Shown: positions 46,670 to 59,178, counted from the first letter of the whole stretch. The stretch is 59,178 nt of DNA, filler included, from Diploschistes diacapsis (GCA_023645945.1; 9 parts of 9 records of this genome joined end to end with filler, not necessarily neighbours in it), one strand, 5' to 3'. Program-made: numbers and translations. Notes: generated by a model from the letters alone, not told the origin.

Positions 46670-49499
46670 TCACCACTGGATCCCAGCATTGGGGTTCTTG
46701 AGGAATTCTTCCATGTCGTATGGTTCTTCGTCCGGAGTCTGGAAGTAACGTTCGATCCCTTTCTGAGCTTTCTTTCCTTTCACGCCTGGTTGCGGCTTGT
46801 TTTCCGTCTGCTGCGGCTTGTTCTCCTTCTGCTGCGGCGCGTTGTCCTCCTTCTGCTGGACGACGTGGGGCTCGCGATCGTTCGGAAAGCTTCGGGTCTT
46901 GGCTTGAGCGAGCATTGCGTCGTGGAGCGTTTCAACGTAGACGAGCTTGCGCTCCGGGTTGGCGCTGAATTTCCTGCGCAGTAGGTCGATGAGCTCTGGG
47001 TGGTCGCGGAATTCGGAGGTGAGGAACGATTGGAATTGTAAGATTGTGGGGGCGTTCGTGTCAGACGCAGAGACATTTGCAGTGCCTTGGCCGTCGCGGT
47101 GTTTGCGGATGTAGTAGTACCTCGCTATCGATTCAGGGGAGATCTCGATGAGCTCGGGCTCTGGGATTGCCTCCAGAGTGTTCTTCTGAGGTATTTCCAT
47201 TAAAGTGTTCTTGATTGGGCCTCCAGAGACAGGAAGGCGAGCGCCGCTGGGCTTTGGTTGCTCGTTAGTTTTAGCAGCATTGACTGAGATAGAGTGATGT
47301 CTGCTGCCTTCCGTGTCCTCGTGCTTCACTGCTGTCCTCTTCATGTTTGCAGATGGAGGTTCACGGGCACCATCAGGCTCAAATAGCACACGTGCGGCCG
47401 CCGGCGTGTTTTCACGCCTCAAAGCTTCAAGCCTTTTTCTTCCCTCTAGCTTTTGGCGCTCCAACATCATGTTCTGGTGCATCTTATCAATGAGCTCATT
47501 TTGGCGTTCCGGTTGCTGATTCCATATTTCCTCGAATTCCTGACTGAGCATTGGATCCTCTTTCCACATTATTCTCATGTACTCGAAAACATCATCGGGG
47601 ATAGCCTGAGACTTGACTTTCTCTTCAACAGGTTTCAAGCGTGGCGTGTCAAGCTTGGCCGAAGATTGGTCAACATCGATATTGCCTTCCGGGTCGTACC
47701 TAGCGACTTCTCCATTCGTGCCTTTCCTCTCTGGCTGGGCCATTTCAGACTTCTCTTCGGCTTGAGGCGTTGCATGGGCATCAATCCTCCGTAGCTTGGG
47801 CCTTGCTACGAAGATGATGCTGCCATCGTTGTCTCTTTCAACGGTAAACTCAACCGGGGTACCGTTAGGCTCTTGAGCCAAGGACCCTTCTAACCTCATT
47901 GCGACATTCATATCGAATACGTTCGGGTTGGGAGCAGCCGGCATATCTTCCCTCAACACAAGCTGAAGCCGATTCTCTTCATCTCCATGTACCGAGCCTG
48001 CTTTTACTGTACCAAGGACCACTCCTGGTCCATTGGTATTGAGACTATCTTCTTGTTTGGACTCAGGGATGCGAGCTTGGTCCTTGTAAGGTTCTGCCCA
48101 GACGTTAGTTATGCGGATGTCATACGAATTCACTTCCATACCGTTGCTAGAGGGCGGCCAGGTACGCTCTTGGCCTGCAGCAATTACTCTGGAGGTGTAA
48201 TGATAATCCCCTTCGTTAACAGCAGTAGCTATTTGGCCGGCTATTTCTGCAGATCCAACATTTGGAACGTCTTGCCTTGCCCTTGACTTGCGAGGCCTAA
48301 CCTCCGCTTGTTCGACTGCCTCGCTTTGGAGCAATTCCTTCCTCAGAGGGCTTCCTTCAGCATTAACAACGAACTTGTTTTCATCTTTCCTCTCGGATTG
48401 GGTCAGAGCGTGAGCAGACCAAGTGCTTCTATCACGAGACTGCTCTTTGGAAGACGGGGGCTTGGAATCGGCACCCCAACCGCCATCCGCGTTTTCATTC
48501 TCGTTTTTACCGACTTCCTCTGTATCGAACGGCGCGATCGTGGGGAAGCCGAGATTCATTTTGTGCATGTTCGTAGTGCCATTACCCTTGAGCATGTTGA
48601 ACTCGTGCAATCTCTCGTCTTCGCGGTATTTCTGCCATTTTTCTAAGCATCATCAGCAGACCAGGACAAATAGCCAAACAAACTTAGAAACCCACCCATC
48701 CTGTCAATTAACTCAAAGGCAAGCTTATGGAGTATTCCGTCGCAGCAAGGCTCAAAGTCTTGCGGACCAGTGAGATCCTTGAGAAAGGCAATTGTGCTGG
48801 TTAGAAGACCGACAAGGTTCTTCTCAGCGTCCGACAATTTTTCAACTAGCACACTGTTGGGTAACTTGGCTTTGACTCGTTCGAGGATGTAATAAATTGC
48901 CCTCGGGCGGCATAGAGAATTGCTGCTGTCGCTGTGATCGTCAGCAAAAGTTCTTTGCCACCACTTAGTAACGCTCTCATGAATCGACATAAGAACATGA
49001 ACAGAGAAAGGTTCCCCCCCAAGCCTTTGGGATGCATTGAAAAAGGAGTACTCTCATTTGGGCGATGACAGAAGACCACCTCTACGTGTCCGATAGGATG
49101 TACCCTCTTCATTTTTGGCGAGTCCGATTCAGCTATTCTCAGTGCAGTATTTGAACATGATTTGCTTTTGAAGAACTCCAAGGATATAGTCTTTCAGTCA
49201 CGTAGAGGTAGTCCTATGGCCTCGGCAGCAACTGCTGAGAAAATACTAGTTAGGGTACAGAAGCGTACTTACAATGGCTCCCTCAAGACAGGCATGACGG
49301 TCTGAGCCACCTCAAAGAACTCATCGTCGCCAATGAGACGAACGACAGCTTGAGCGTGGTTTTTGCTAATCTTATCCGCATAATCTTCGCCCAGGACTTT
49401 GCCGGTCTCCCGAAGGACCTTTTGCAAGTCTTGTAGCTTCGCCCTTGACTTGGGGTCGTAGAATTTTGGATCCAGCTGCTTCACGAGCTTTGGATCCAT
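46670..49499 (-). CDS. Large orphan protein, multi-exon, 5' structure unresolved or disrupted
   Basis: The 646-codon ORF is joined in frame to ORF 48643-48990 by intron 48643-48695. A likely first exon MDPKLVKQ...LREP starts at 49499 with donor GTAAGT at 49272, but I found no stop-free path between 49235 and 49050. Confidence 0.55.
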
Positions 49500-50330
49500 G
49501 GTTGGAGTGAGCTCAAAGCAACTCTGAGCAAAAGGGAAGAAAGTATTGGGCGAGCAGAGTAGGAGATATTTTCTTGAGGGAAAATTTGAGAGGAAAACGC
49601 AAACCAGAGGTTGATGTTTTGGAATCCTTTTTCCCGTCGGGGAGATGGACGGTCTGGAGATAAATCGCTGGAAAAACAGACCGTTAAGGAGATGGACGCG
49701 GAGTAACACCTGCTAGACTCTGAGGGTCCATGGGTTTGAGCACAAAGACATGTAGCAAACACATCTGATGAATATGCGAAGGGACGGGAGTAGAGTTTAA
49801 TGGCAAAAGACCTAAGGAATCTGAAGACGATCAAACTGTGAACTGGGAGTTGTTCCGAAGTTCGGAGCTGGTGGACAAACCCCATACCAAAGGAGCGAAG
49901 ATCGGACTAGATGGCATGTCGACGGTGATGGGAAGAAAGTCTTGAGGTATGCTTCGCTATCTTGTAGGCCCTGTATGTTAGAAACCGTTATTCTGATGTC
50001 GTCCAAGTAGGTAGCTCTAATAATCGTTATGAAAGGAGGTCTAGTATCAAAAATCCCTTGACGATAGTTAAAATAAGATATTTGAAAGATAATGGGAGCC
50101 AAAGAGGAATGCGGCCCCTACTGAACTGACAATAGTTTTTTCACTGATGGGATAACTATAAAGGTCGAAAGTCACTTAGCTGGATCTCAAGAAACATATC
50201 CTTTGTTGCTGCTTGTTCTTATGATGCACTTTAGTATGGCCTTTTTGGCACGTTTAGGAAGTTAACCGTTTTCATGGCAGCATCTTTTTGCCTGCAGGCT
50301 CCTTCCACCCCACGAAGTGCAGAGCTGCCA

Positions 50331-51748
50331 TCATTCCTTGACCCATATAGCAGCCATACCCATGCCAGTGCCGACACACATGCTGGTAACACCAACTCTT
50401 TTCCCTGTCCTCTCCAGTTCATTCATCAAAGTCGACACCTGCCTAGCCCCCGTGCAACCGAGAGGATGGCCAAAGGCAATAGCGCCGCCGTTGGGGTTGA
50501 CCTGCTTTAGAATTAGCACTAAATATTCAATGCGGATCTCTCTTTTTCTCCGCTCCATCAAGACAAGCACTGACCTTCGCCTCATCCAAACCCAATTCTC
50601 TCACACACCAGACGCACTGACTAGCAAACGCTTCGTTAATCTCCCACAGATCCACATCCTCCTTCCGAATCCCCGCCTTCTCCAGCACCACCGGGATCGC
50701 CTTCCACGGCCCGATACCCATGAGTAACGGCTCAACACCCACTACAGAGGCGCCCACAAACTTGCCCAAAATCTTTTGCCCCAGCTTTTCAGCGGTGCTC
50801 CGCCTCATCAGCAACACGGCGGCCGCACCATCGCTAACCTGGCTTGCGTTGCCCGCGTGAATACTGCCATCCTTCGCAAAGGCGGGCTTGATCTTCCCCA
50901 GTCCCTCGGCCGTCATGCCCTCCCTAACACCATCATCCACAGTCACCGTGATCCGCTTTTCCTCCTCCGTCTTCGGGTCCACCCACCTGACTCCTTCCAT
51001 CGGCGCAATCTCGGCATCAAACTTCCCCTCTTTCTGAGCCTTGGCCGCTCTCTGATAAGAGCGCGCCGCAAACTCATCCTGCACCTTCCTCGAGACCCCC
51101 CGATCCTTAGCCATCTTCTCGCTTAGGACGCCCATGGGCACCTTGCAGTTGGCAGCCTCCATGTGGTTCTCGAGCAAGTCGCTAAACTCCGTCACAGCGC
51201 CGGGCCCGTACTGCAGGCTCATACTCTCGACCCCGGCCCCAATCCCGACGTCGATCATGCCCGTCTTGATTGCATTGGCGATGTCGACGCACGCTTGTAG
51301 GCCGCTGCTGCACTGCCTGTTCAGACTCTTTACCGCCGTGCTGACGGGGAACCCTGCAGCTAGCGCAGCGGCTCTGAACTCTGTCGCGCCTCCGCCCGGC
51401 GGCAGAACGGAGCCGACGGCGATGTCCTCGACGGCGGTGGGATCGATGGCAGAGCGCTTGAGGAGCGAGACGAAGGCGTGGTGCAGGAGGTCGGCGGCAG
51501 GGGTGTCTTTGAAGCCGCCCTTGCCGCCTTTTGTGAAGGGGGTACGGAGGCAGGCGGTCACGACGACGTCGTCGGGCGATTTGGCGGTTACGGCGGAGAT
51601 GCCTCGCGGTGGGTAAGGGGAGAGTTGGGAGGTCAGAGAGGTGAGGCGGGCAATGGCTGCGGGGTTTTTAGTTCGGTGCTCTTGGGAGGAGGCAAAGGAG
51701 AAGAGCGGGTGGATGCGGTGCTTGGGGAGAGTACTAACGGCCTGACAT
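50331..51748 (-). CDS. POT1: Peroxisomal 3-ketoacyl-CoA thiolase with PTS2; exons 51748-51739, 51656-50575, 50501-50331
   Basis: NRQCSSGLQA (catalytic Cys), GNASQVSDGAAA, WEINEAFASQ, VNPNGGAIAFGHPLGCTGAR and SMCVGTGMGMA. The spliced N-terminus MSGPIARLTSLTSQL contains the PTS2 motif RL-x5-QL. Confidence 0.95.
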
Positions 51749-51923
51749 CCTGATGGTCAGTTCTGTTATTACTTCTCTGGAAGGAAAGATGCGTTAACGG
51801 CAAGGTAGGCGTTGAATCCACGAAAAGAAATGGATATAAAATACAAAGAGCCGACGTAATAGATTGAACAACGAGAAAGAGAAGACTGCGAAAACTTCCT
51901 AATTTACTGTAGAATAAAGCAGA

Positions 51924-51966
51924 CCTCGGCAAGTACCTGCCTCTGGGACCTAGAGGCGGGCCTCGG
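51924..51966. promoter_or_regulatory. Two CCTCGG elements (FarA/FarB fatty-acid response motif) in the thiolase promoter
   Basis: CCTCGG at 51924-51929 and 51961-51966, 176-218 nt upstream of the ATG of a beta-oxidation gene. Confidence 0.6.
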
Positions 51967-52613
51967 CTGTAACTGCTTTCCTTGACTGCAGCATGGGGAT
52001 GAATTTAGGTAACGGACTTGGAGGTAGCAGTACCCCCTTTTTGAGGCGATGAGAGGGTTGAAGTGCGTTTCTAGAAGCATGTGAAATTGTGTCGAAATGT
52101 ACAACAACACGCAACACGCAGGTACAGAACGGAAGTAGGACTATCTATTCTTCCGGTTTTACACAGACGGAGGAGATGCGGAAGTATTTTCCTCCGTCTA
52201 GCTATCAACTTACCAATGCGTTCTTCAAAATGACAGTGCCAGAAAGATCGATGCTGCCGTTCGATTCCCTTCAGTTCTTAAGCCACCCGTGGGGATTCAC
52301 CGTCATGTTTAGAGCCAATCTACTCCTTGGGGCAATCGATGTGAAAGGCGAGGAGGATACGTGAGAAAAGAAGAGGTTCGATAGACACTCTCGCTTAAAG
52401 TATGCAGACACACACAGTGAATACCCCGGCCAAGTCTCGAAGGACAAGATACCACCCATTCACCCCCAAAATCCGTTTAGAAGAAATGAAGAGAAACCAG
52501 GACGCCACGCTACAAAACACCATCACACCCGCTTGCTAAATACTTAAAAGTCCCATTCCATCCATCCATCACAACAGCATCGCCCTCCCCTCCCCTGAAA
52601 CTAAGCCGCCCAC

Positions 52614-52713
52614 NNNNNNNNNNNNNNNNNNNNNNNNNNNNNNNNNNNNNNNNNNNNTTAATTAATTAANNNNNNNNNNNNNNNNNNNNNNNNNNNNNNN
52701 NNNNNNNNNNNNN
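52614..52713. other. Artificial contig spacer
   Basis: 44N-TTAATTAATTAA-44N. Confidence 0.99.
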
Positions 52714-54301
52714 CTCCTAAGCCTAAGCCTCAATGTCTATTGTTTCTCATGTAGGGACAGACACTGGTGGACGTTGTGCTTCAATTCCCAGCCTCCATAT
52801 CTTCGATCTCTATCCGCGAAGAGTCCTAGTACGAGGCCATGTCACAAGAGCGCAGAGTAAAGGTGGTGTGGGTACGAGTTCGGCATCAAGACCGTGATGA
52901 ATACTAGGATACGGATGATATGCGGTATTCCACCTCCTCTTTATGGAGCTCTAAGCTCTAGAGCATCTCGATATTCAGCCAATTTGTTTACCTGCCGTTG
53001 GAGTGGCCAAACTCCCAGCGGCTCTGACTCGCTCACACACACACGCCAACCTCACGGCTTATTGTATATGCGATTTTTGGGTTGGAAGGGGTTAATGCTG
53101 GCAGAGAGAGACTTCGCGCATATGGGAATCCTAGTCTGTATTTGCCAACTTTTTAACCACATTCTCCCGGATGCGCTGTCAGGCCCATCGTGACCAAATA
53201 TATTCTGCACAACACTAGACTCAAAAGCGGGCTTGCCCATCTGCATATGCATCAAATACTGTCATCTCTGGAAACACTTCCTAAGCCATTGCGCATGAAT
53301 TCAAGCTACTTCGACAAGAGGTAGCGCCCAAGCGCTCTATTGAGGCTCCTGCTTCCCTCCCAAGATGGAAACGGCATTAATGTCTGGGACTCCAATTCCC
53401 ATTTACGTCAAGAAGCGCAGCAATTCAACAGCTAGTGCAAGGTTCTTCAGAACGTCAAAGAAAAAGACCAAGCATACAAAATGTAAAGCGAAGATTAGAT
53501 GCCTCGTCAGATCACCCAGCAAACGACAACAGCAGGTCGTCCATAGAAAACGCCCCTGCCGCACACCAAAGTCGGAAGCGGCAAAACCAAACCCCGTTTC
53601 GACCCCATTCCACTTCCGCGCCCCGTCAGCCCGCCTCGAGATAGACAGTTACCTGAAATCCCTGTTACCTCGGAAACTGGCCCTTGTCGAGTCGGAACAA
53701 TGGTGGCAAAGGTGTCAATGGCGCAACTGGTCTGAACAACCACCCCGAGTGCCCTGAGTGACAGTGATGCCTCGGCCCACAATAAGCCCCTGTCCAACCA
53801 CGTGCGGAACCTCCACAGCGCCAAGGGTCGCGGCCGTACCAAACTGGTGAAGAAATCCTCTGCAGAATAAACGTGGCTGCTTCAAACCCACCCGGTCCTG
53901 AAAGATTCCCAATCACTGCGGACCAGATCTCGGGTCCCTTGGGACCTGCGAGCGTATTTGCGCCAGTAACGGTACCTGCGCCTGCGCCTACGCCTGCACC
54001 AGGCCCAGGCCCAGGTCCAGGTCCAGGTCCAGTTGTAGCTCCAAGAGAGCCAACGTCTGAATCCAGAAAACCGCAAAAGTCCTACTACCCTATAAAGGCG
54101 CTGAATAACTATCAGGACCCATATATTACCGTTGCTTCTCCTCCGCCTTCGCCGTCGACTGCCACTCTATTACCTTCACCGCAACCTGATAGAGGCCACC
54201 CGCCTGCTCCCGAGCCTCCTCCAAGATCTCCGACGCGCTTGAATCGGAGTCTACAACCTGGCGACGAGTCGGGTCTTTCGTCGTTTATAAAAGCAGGGAA
54301 C

Positions 54302-55210
54302 ATGAATCAATATATTCAGTCCAATGGATCCAGTCAGCCCAACCCTGGCGCAACTTACCAACACATACATGACATGGCTGCGAAGCGGATGTCGACGATA
54401 GACTATCTGAGGAAAACGTAGGTGGCCAGCAATTGACCAAGCTTTAAGATGCTGAATGATAATCATAGGCACGAAGGGCGCGTATACTGGTTCAATACTC
54501 TCCTGTTCAGTCGCAACGACATAAACCGCTTGCCAAGCTTCGAGCCCAAGAGGCTCGCTAAGCGAGCTACGAACCTCCTGATCCTCGGTCTCTCCCTTCC
54601 CTCGATTCTCGACTCAAACGCTTCGGGGCCACTCGACTTCCTTCGTGCTCTGAATGCCCTACTTCTCGAGTTCGAGACGTATCAGCAGGTTCACCCGAGT
54701 GACGGTTCTGGTGCATCTTCTTTGTCCAGAGCCAAGATTCCCCAGATGTTTAAACGCTCGACGACCACAAAAGCAAGGAGGACGAGCTCGGCGACAGACA
54801 TAGGGTTGCCTTTCGGCGGTAGTGACCAGTCGGATCTTAAAGCTATGGTGGGCAGTAGCAATTCCGCTGCCGCTGCCAGTACGATCAATCTCGCGGCGAG
54901 CGAGGACCTACTGCCCGGCGAAGAATATTCCTATTTGGTGACGCCGTCCCTTCCATTTGACCCTGATTTCTTCGAGGTCTTTGCTGCCCTGTGCGATGTC
55001 CTCATTGACTGTTACGTGCGTATCACGAATTTGGTCTCGTCACCAGAGAAGTGCGGGCCTGGTGTCGCAGAAGTCTTTACAAAGGCCGATGCACGGCTAC
55101 GCAAAGTGATAGTAGCCGGCATTGTCAAGGAGTTTGAAGATGCTACAAGGTATGGCGTCAAGGGAGAAGTCGCTGGCATCGGCAAAGTGGTGCTTGGCGG
55201 CTTGATTTGA
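54302..55210 (+). CDS. Conserved fungal hypothetical protein; intron 54418-54468; true start uncertain
   Basis: YQHIHDMAAKRMSTIDYLRKT|HEGRVYWFNT...LGLSLP...YLVTPSLPFDPDFFEVFAALCDVLIDCY...KADARLRK...GIGKVVLGGLI, motifs of an uncharacterised conserved fungal family. The frame stays open upstream to 53786. Confidence 0.8.
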
Positions 55211-56069
55211 GGAACACTGCGGCTTTGTCGTCTAGATATTAATAGTGGACGCCGCACCTGGCCCACTTTTACCAAACTTCTAATGTACAATCAGGCTCTC
55301 ATGCCTCGCGCCGGAGCCTTGCGAGCCGGAAAGCTGCAGCGGTTATGACCACCGGCATAGGGGCTACTACCTGAGCAAAGCCAAGTCTTTCCCCGAGACG
55401 GGCTCTCCGAATAAGAGAACTTCCAGCGTGCGTGAGTTACATTGTGTTCTCCAATGCGTCGCATTCTTGCTTACCCTTTTAGACAATGATGCTTGCATCT
55501 CGGAAAGGCCGCAAAGTCAATGGCTATGGGTTTCAAACCTTGAATGGGTGAAGAGTGCAGAGTGAAGAGCTATGAGGAGGCATCAAGAATCAACTTAGGT
55601 TTTGATGGAATATAGCAACTAGCGTCCGTTTTAGGATATTATTTTTTGGCTAGGTCCGATGTGCCATCCTGGGAAATAATGCAGTATCTAGACACCATGC
55701 ATCCAAAGTGCTCGTCTATTCTTGATGTAGCTATTGTGTTTTGCTATGAAGGTACGCTTTGCGTTAGATGCCCTAAACCGCACACAACGGAAGAAGTACC
55801 ATCCAGAACTCAAGCAGCCCTTCAAAAGCTGTCATGGTTCGCCTGCCTGCCGAAGAGTTAGCTATTCTGCCGGACAATTGTTCTTGGCACTAACCTATGC
55901 TCGGTTATCGATAAGTAAGAGTGAGTTGTACGAGCGTGGCTATTGACTAAAGCTGTTGAACACTTAAATTACTCAGTAAATTTTCTAAGCATGTTATAAT
56001 TCACCTCATTTCCAGTTATTCTTATTTAACCCGCGCCTTATCCCTAACCACTCCAGGCCATCGGACGTT

Positions 56070-59000
56070 ATGGCCGACTCAATCTCAGACTCAGACGCGG
56101 ACAAGGTGAGCTTGGCGCTAGCTTGGGGTAGCTCGATGTTGATTTACAACAGATTCGCAACAAGCGCCTGGCCAAACTTGCGAATCAGCCACAGTCACCA
56201 ACGTCTTCCTGGGAGAATGATAAATCCGCTTCATCCATATCAGAACAACCCGCCGCTTCGGGTCCTATAGACCAACCCGCCTCAAGACCAAAAATCAATA
56301 TCACGAGCACTCTACCGCCACAGCAGACTCCTCAGAATCCTTTCAGCCAGCTCGGAATAAGTCCAGCGAGTGGGGATGGCGCCAGCGACTATGAGCCTGT
56401 GGCTCCTCCGACGCAGAGCTTGCTCAAACGTAGCCGACCCTCCGAATCTAATGGAGTCGCTGCTACTGAGAGTCTGGAGACCTGGGAGGATCGCTCGCTT
56501 TCAGCCATATTTCGATTGAGTCTGGATCCAGACAAGAAGCATGATCATCTTGGTCATATATTATACTACGCAGAAGGCGTCCGACAAGAGCTAGAGGAAC
56601 AGCAGGCTCCTTTGCAGCTCAATGTCACAGTTTTGGAACAAGCAATTCTCGAGGCCGGGTCTAGCACAGGCAAGCTTAGTCCTTTTGACTACATGCTGGG
56701 CTGCTGGAAGAGAATATCCAAACAGTTGAGGACATTGAAGGCTAAGCCCGATGAAGCAAAGCTGAACATAATCCGAGAAGCTAGGCGGATATGCATGAGT
56801 TACTGCGTCTTTGCAGTAACGATGGCAGACTCGATGTTTGGTCGCGAATCTCCAAGTCTAAGCCCCTTGCTACCTCATCTGCTTATCGAATCGGAAGATG
56901 ACCGAGGCCTATGTCATGAATTTCTGCAGGAGATCTCCTCAAGGTTTGCAGAGGACGAAACTGCGCAGGAAGCCATCGTCTGGGCAATTGAAGACCTCAG
57001 TCGGGGCTTGGCGAAGATGACGATGAATGATAACTTTAAGCCCTATATTCTTGCAAGTATTGCTTACCCTAAAGCTATTGATAAGCTAACATCTCAAAGG
57101 CATTGAGAAATCTTGTTCGATATCCTCCAATAGTGAATGTGTTGATTCAGTCATCCCTTTTCTTACCCTCTGATATTCCTGCATCCACCCTGGAGGTCCA
57201 GACACTGCTCGGGCCGTTTTTCCAGATCTCACCTTTGCAGGCTTCCGTGACGACGAACTATTTCTCAAGTCCTAAAACCCGCGATAAGGGTTCGATCACA
57301 AATGCTCAGAACGCGCTAAGAATGACTCTCCGTACCCATCAGTCCGACCTTCTCGACATCACAAACCATATTATCAAGACAGGTAAGGAGTCCAGGGAGC
57401 GTATGCTTGATTGGTTCGCACGATGTATCAATCAGAACCATAAGAGGCGCGCTCTGCGCGTCGACCATAAGACTGTCTCATCCGACGGCTTCATGATCAA
57501 CATAACCGTGACCTTGGATCAACTCTGTGAGCCCTTCATGGACGCAAGCTTTTCCAAGATCGATCGAATTGATGTCGACTACCTTCGGCGAAATCCAAGG
57601 GTTGATATAAAGGAGGAAACCAAGCTCAACGCTGATCAGCAGAGATCAGACAGATTCTACTCTCAAAAGGCAGAGGGGCAGTCCAACTTCATCTCAGAGG
57701 TGTTCTTTTTGACGCTCGCAGCGCATCACTACGGAACCGAAGCCGCGAATTCTACCCTGAGCCAATTGGAAAAAGAACTGAAGCACATGGAAAAGCAGAT
57801 TGCTGCCATTGAAACGGATCGAGCAAAGTTTGAGAGGAATCCGGCACAGCTTGCAGTGTTCGAAAGGGCACTTCAAAAGTACAAGGATCAGATAGATAAG
57901 GGTCTTTCCTACAAGATGGCAGTCCAAGGAGTATTACTGGACGAATTGACACAAGCTCGATCGATGCAATTCATGCGATACGCCATGGTGTGGCTTCTTC
58001 GGTTGGTTTCGCCTGGCCAATCGTACCCGAGACAGCCGATCAAGCTGCCTTTGCCAGAAGAAGAGCCGGAGATCTTCTCCTGCCTACCGGAATACTTCAT
58101 CGAAGATGTGGTTGATAATTTCAAATTTATCACAAGGAATATGCCTCAAATCGTGACCACCACACAGAGCGACGAGTTGGTGGTGCTTTGCATTACTTTT
58201 CTACGAAGCTCAGAGTATATCAAGAATCCCTACCTCAAAGCTGGTCTTGTCACCATAATGTTCTACGGTACCTGGCCCATCTATGGCCGCACAAAGGGCA
58301 TCTTAGGTGACATCCTCTTCGCTCTCCCCTTTGCCACGGAACACCTCCTCCACGCCCTTATGAAATTCTACATTGAAGTAGAAAACACCGGCGCGCATAC
58401 CCAGTTCTATGACAAATTCAATATCCGTTACGAAATCTTCCAGATCATCAAATGCGTTTGGTCGAATACTGTTTACCGGGAGCGGCTTTCAAGCGAAGCC
58501 AAGATCAATCTCGACTTCTTCGTGCGCTTTGTTAATCTGCTGCTAAACGACGTCACATTTGTTCTCGACGAGACGCTTTCATCTCTACTCAAAATCCATG
58601 ATCTCTCCGAGCTTCTCAAGACCGAGCTGGAACCGAATATCAAGACCGAAAAGGAAGAGGCGCTGTCCGAGGCCCAGAACCGCGCGAAGTCCTACATGCA
58701 GCTAGCCAACGAGACCGTGTCGATGCTCAAGCTCTTCACCGAGGCGCTGGCTGACTCCTTCACTATGCCCGAAATCGTACAACGGTTGGCCGACATGCTG
58801 GACTACAACCTCGATGCTTTGATCGGGCCGAAATCCGTGAACCTGAAGGTCGAGCGTCCGGAGGACTATGGCTTCAACCCTAAGGTTCTGTTATCGGAGA
58901 TTACGGATGTATACCTGAACTTATCAGAAAAGGAGAACTTCATAACGGCCGTTGCCCGCGATGGAAGGAGCTACAAGCCAGAGAACTTTGTCAACGCGGC

Positions 59001-59140
59001 GAAGGTCATGGAGAAGCATGTGCTCAAGCCCTCGGAGCAGCTGCAGGCCTGGAAGGCTCTGTATGCCAAGTTTGCGAAAGCGAAAGAGATTGACATGCAA
59101 GCCGAGGAGGATCTTGGTGACATTCCCGACGAGTTCCTTG
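56070..59140 (+). CDS. UFD2: Ubiquitin conjugation factor E4 Ufd2, 3'-partial (U-box mostly beyond the window); introns 56106-56152, 57053-57099 (GC-AG), and from 59141
   Basis: DADK|IRNKRLAKL, LLGPFFQISPLQ, SSDGFMIN, NFISEVFFL, CLPEYFIED, YIKNPYLKAGLV, HTQFYDKFNIRYEI, FFVRFVNLLLND, RLADMLDYNL and DLGDIPDEFL. Confidence 0.95.
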
Positions 59141-59178
59141 GTATGTCTGTTCTATTTCCCCAACCCTCTCTTCCATTT

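Noticed and set aside
39568..51748. Peroxisome cluster (Pex14/17 and thiolase), and co-occurrence of two mitoribosomal genes elsewhere
   Set aside because: The genes are on separate, unlinked contigs.

Overview
Nuclear DNA of a filamentous ascomycete (Pezizomycotina): compact genes, mostly 45-80 nt spliceosomal introns, and RIP-degraded transposon relics. The window is not one locus. It is nine unrelated contigs joined by an artificial 100-nt spacer (44 N + TTAATTAATTAA + 44 N) and sorted by non-increasing length (6507, 6504, 6497, 6495, 6482, 6482, 6475, 6471, 6465 nt), so nothing can be inferred across spacers. Recognisable genes are PRP46, ORC1, PUF6, a tandem GNAT acetyltransferase, mitoribosomal uL23m and probably mL49 (both partial), a GH3 beta-glucosidase (partial), an NRPS-like A-T-R reductase, a PhoD phosphatase (partial), SWI1/SOL1, an intron-containing tRNA-Gly(CCC), CAF16 (partial), PEX14/17 (partial), PtaB/MFG1 with a 68-codon polyQ tract, a peroxisomal 3-ketoacyl-CoA thiolase, UFD2 (partial) and several hypothetical proteins. 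Accessory DNA includes a RIPped pogo/Fot1 element and a RIPped Tc1/impala-like element, each apparently interrupted by a nested insertion, plus several pseudogenes. I found no complete new biological system. The best leads are a decayed nuclear gene with a GIY-YIG nuclease motif and a C-terminal Cys cluster, an elaborate SWI1 5' leader (two introns, a possible recursive AG|GT site, a start-overlapping uORF), and two GC-AG introns required to keep conserved frames. All family calls come from recognising motifs by eye; no database search was run.
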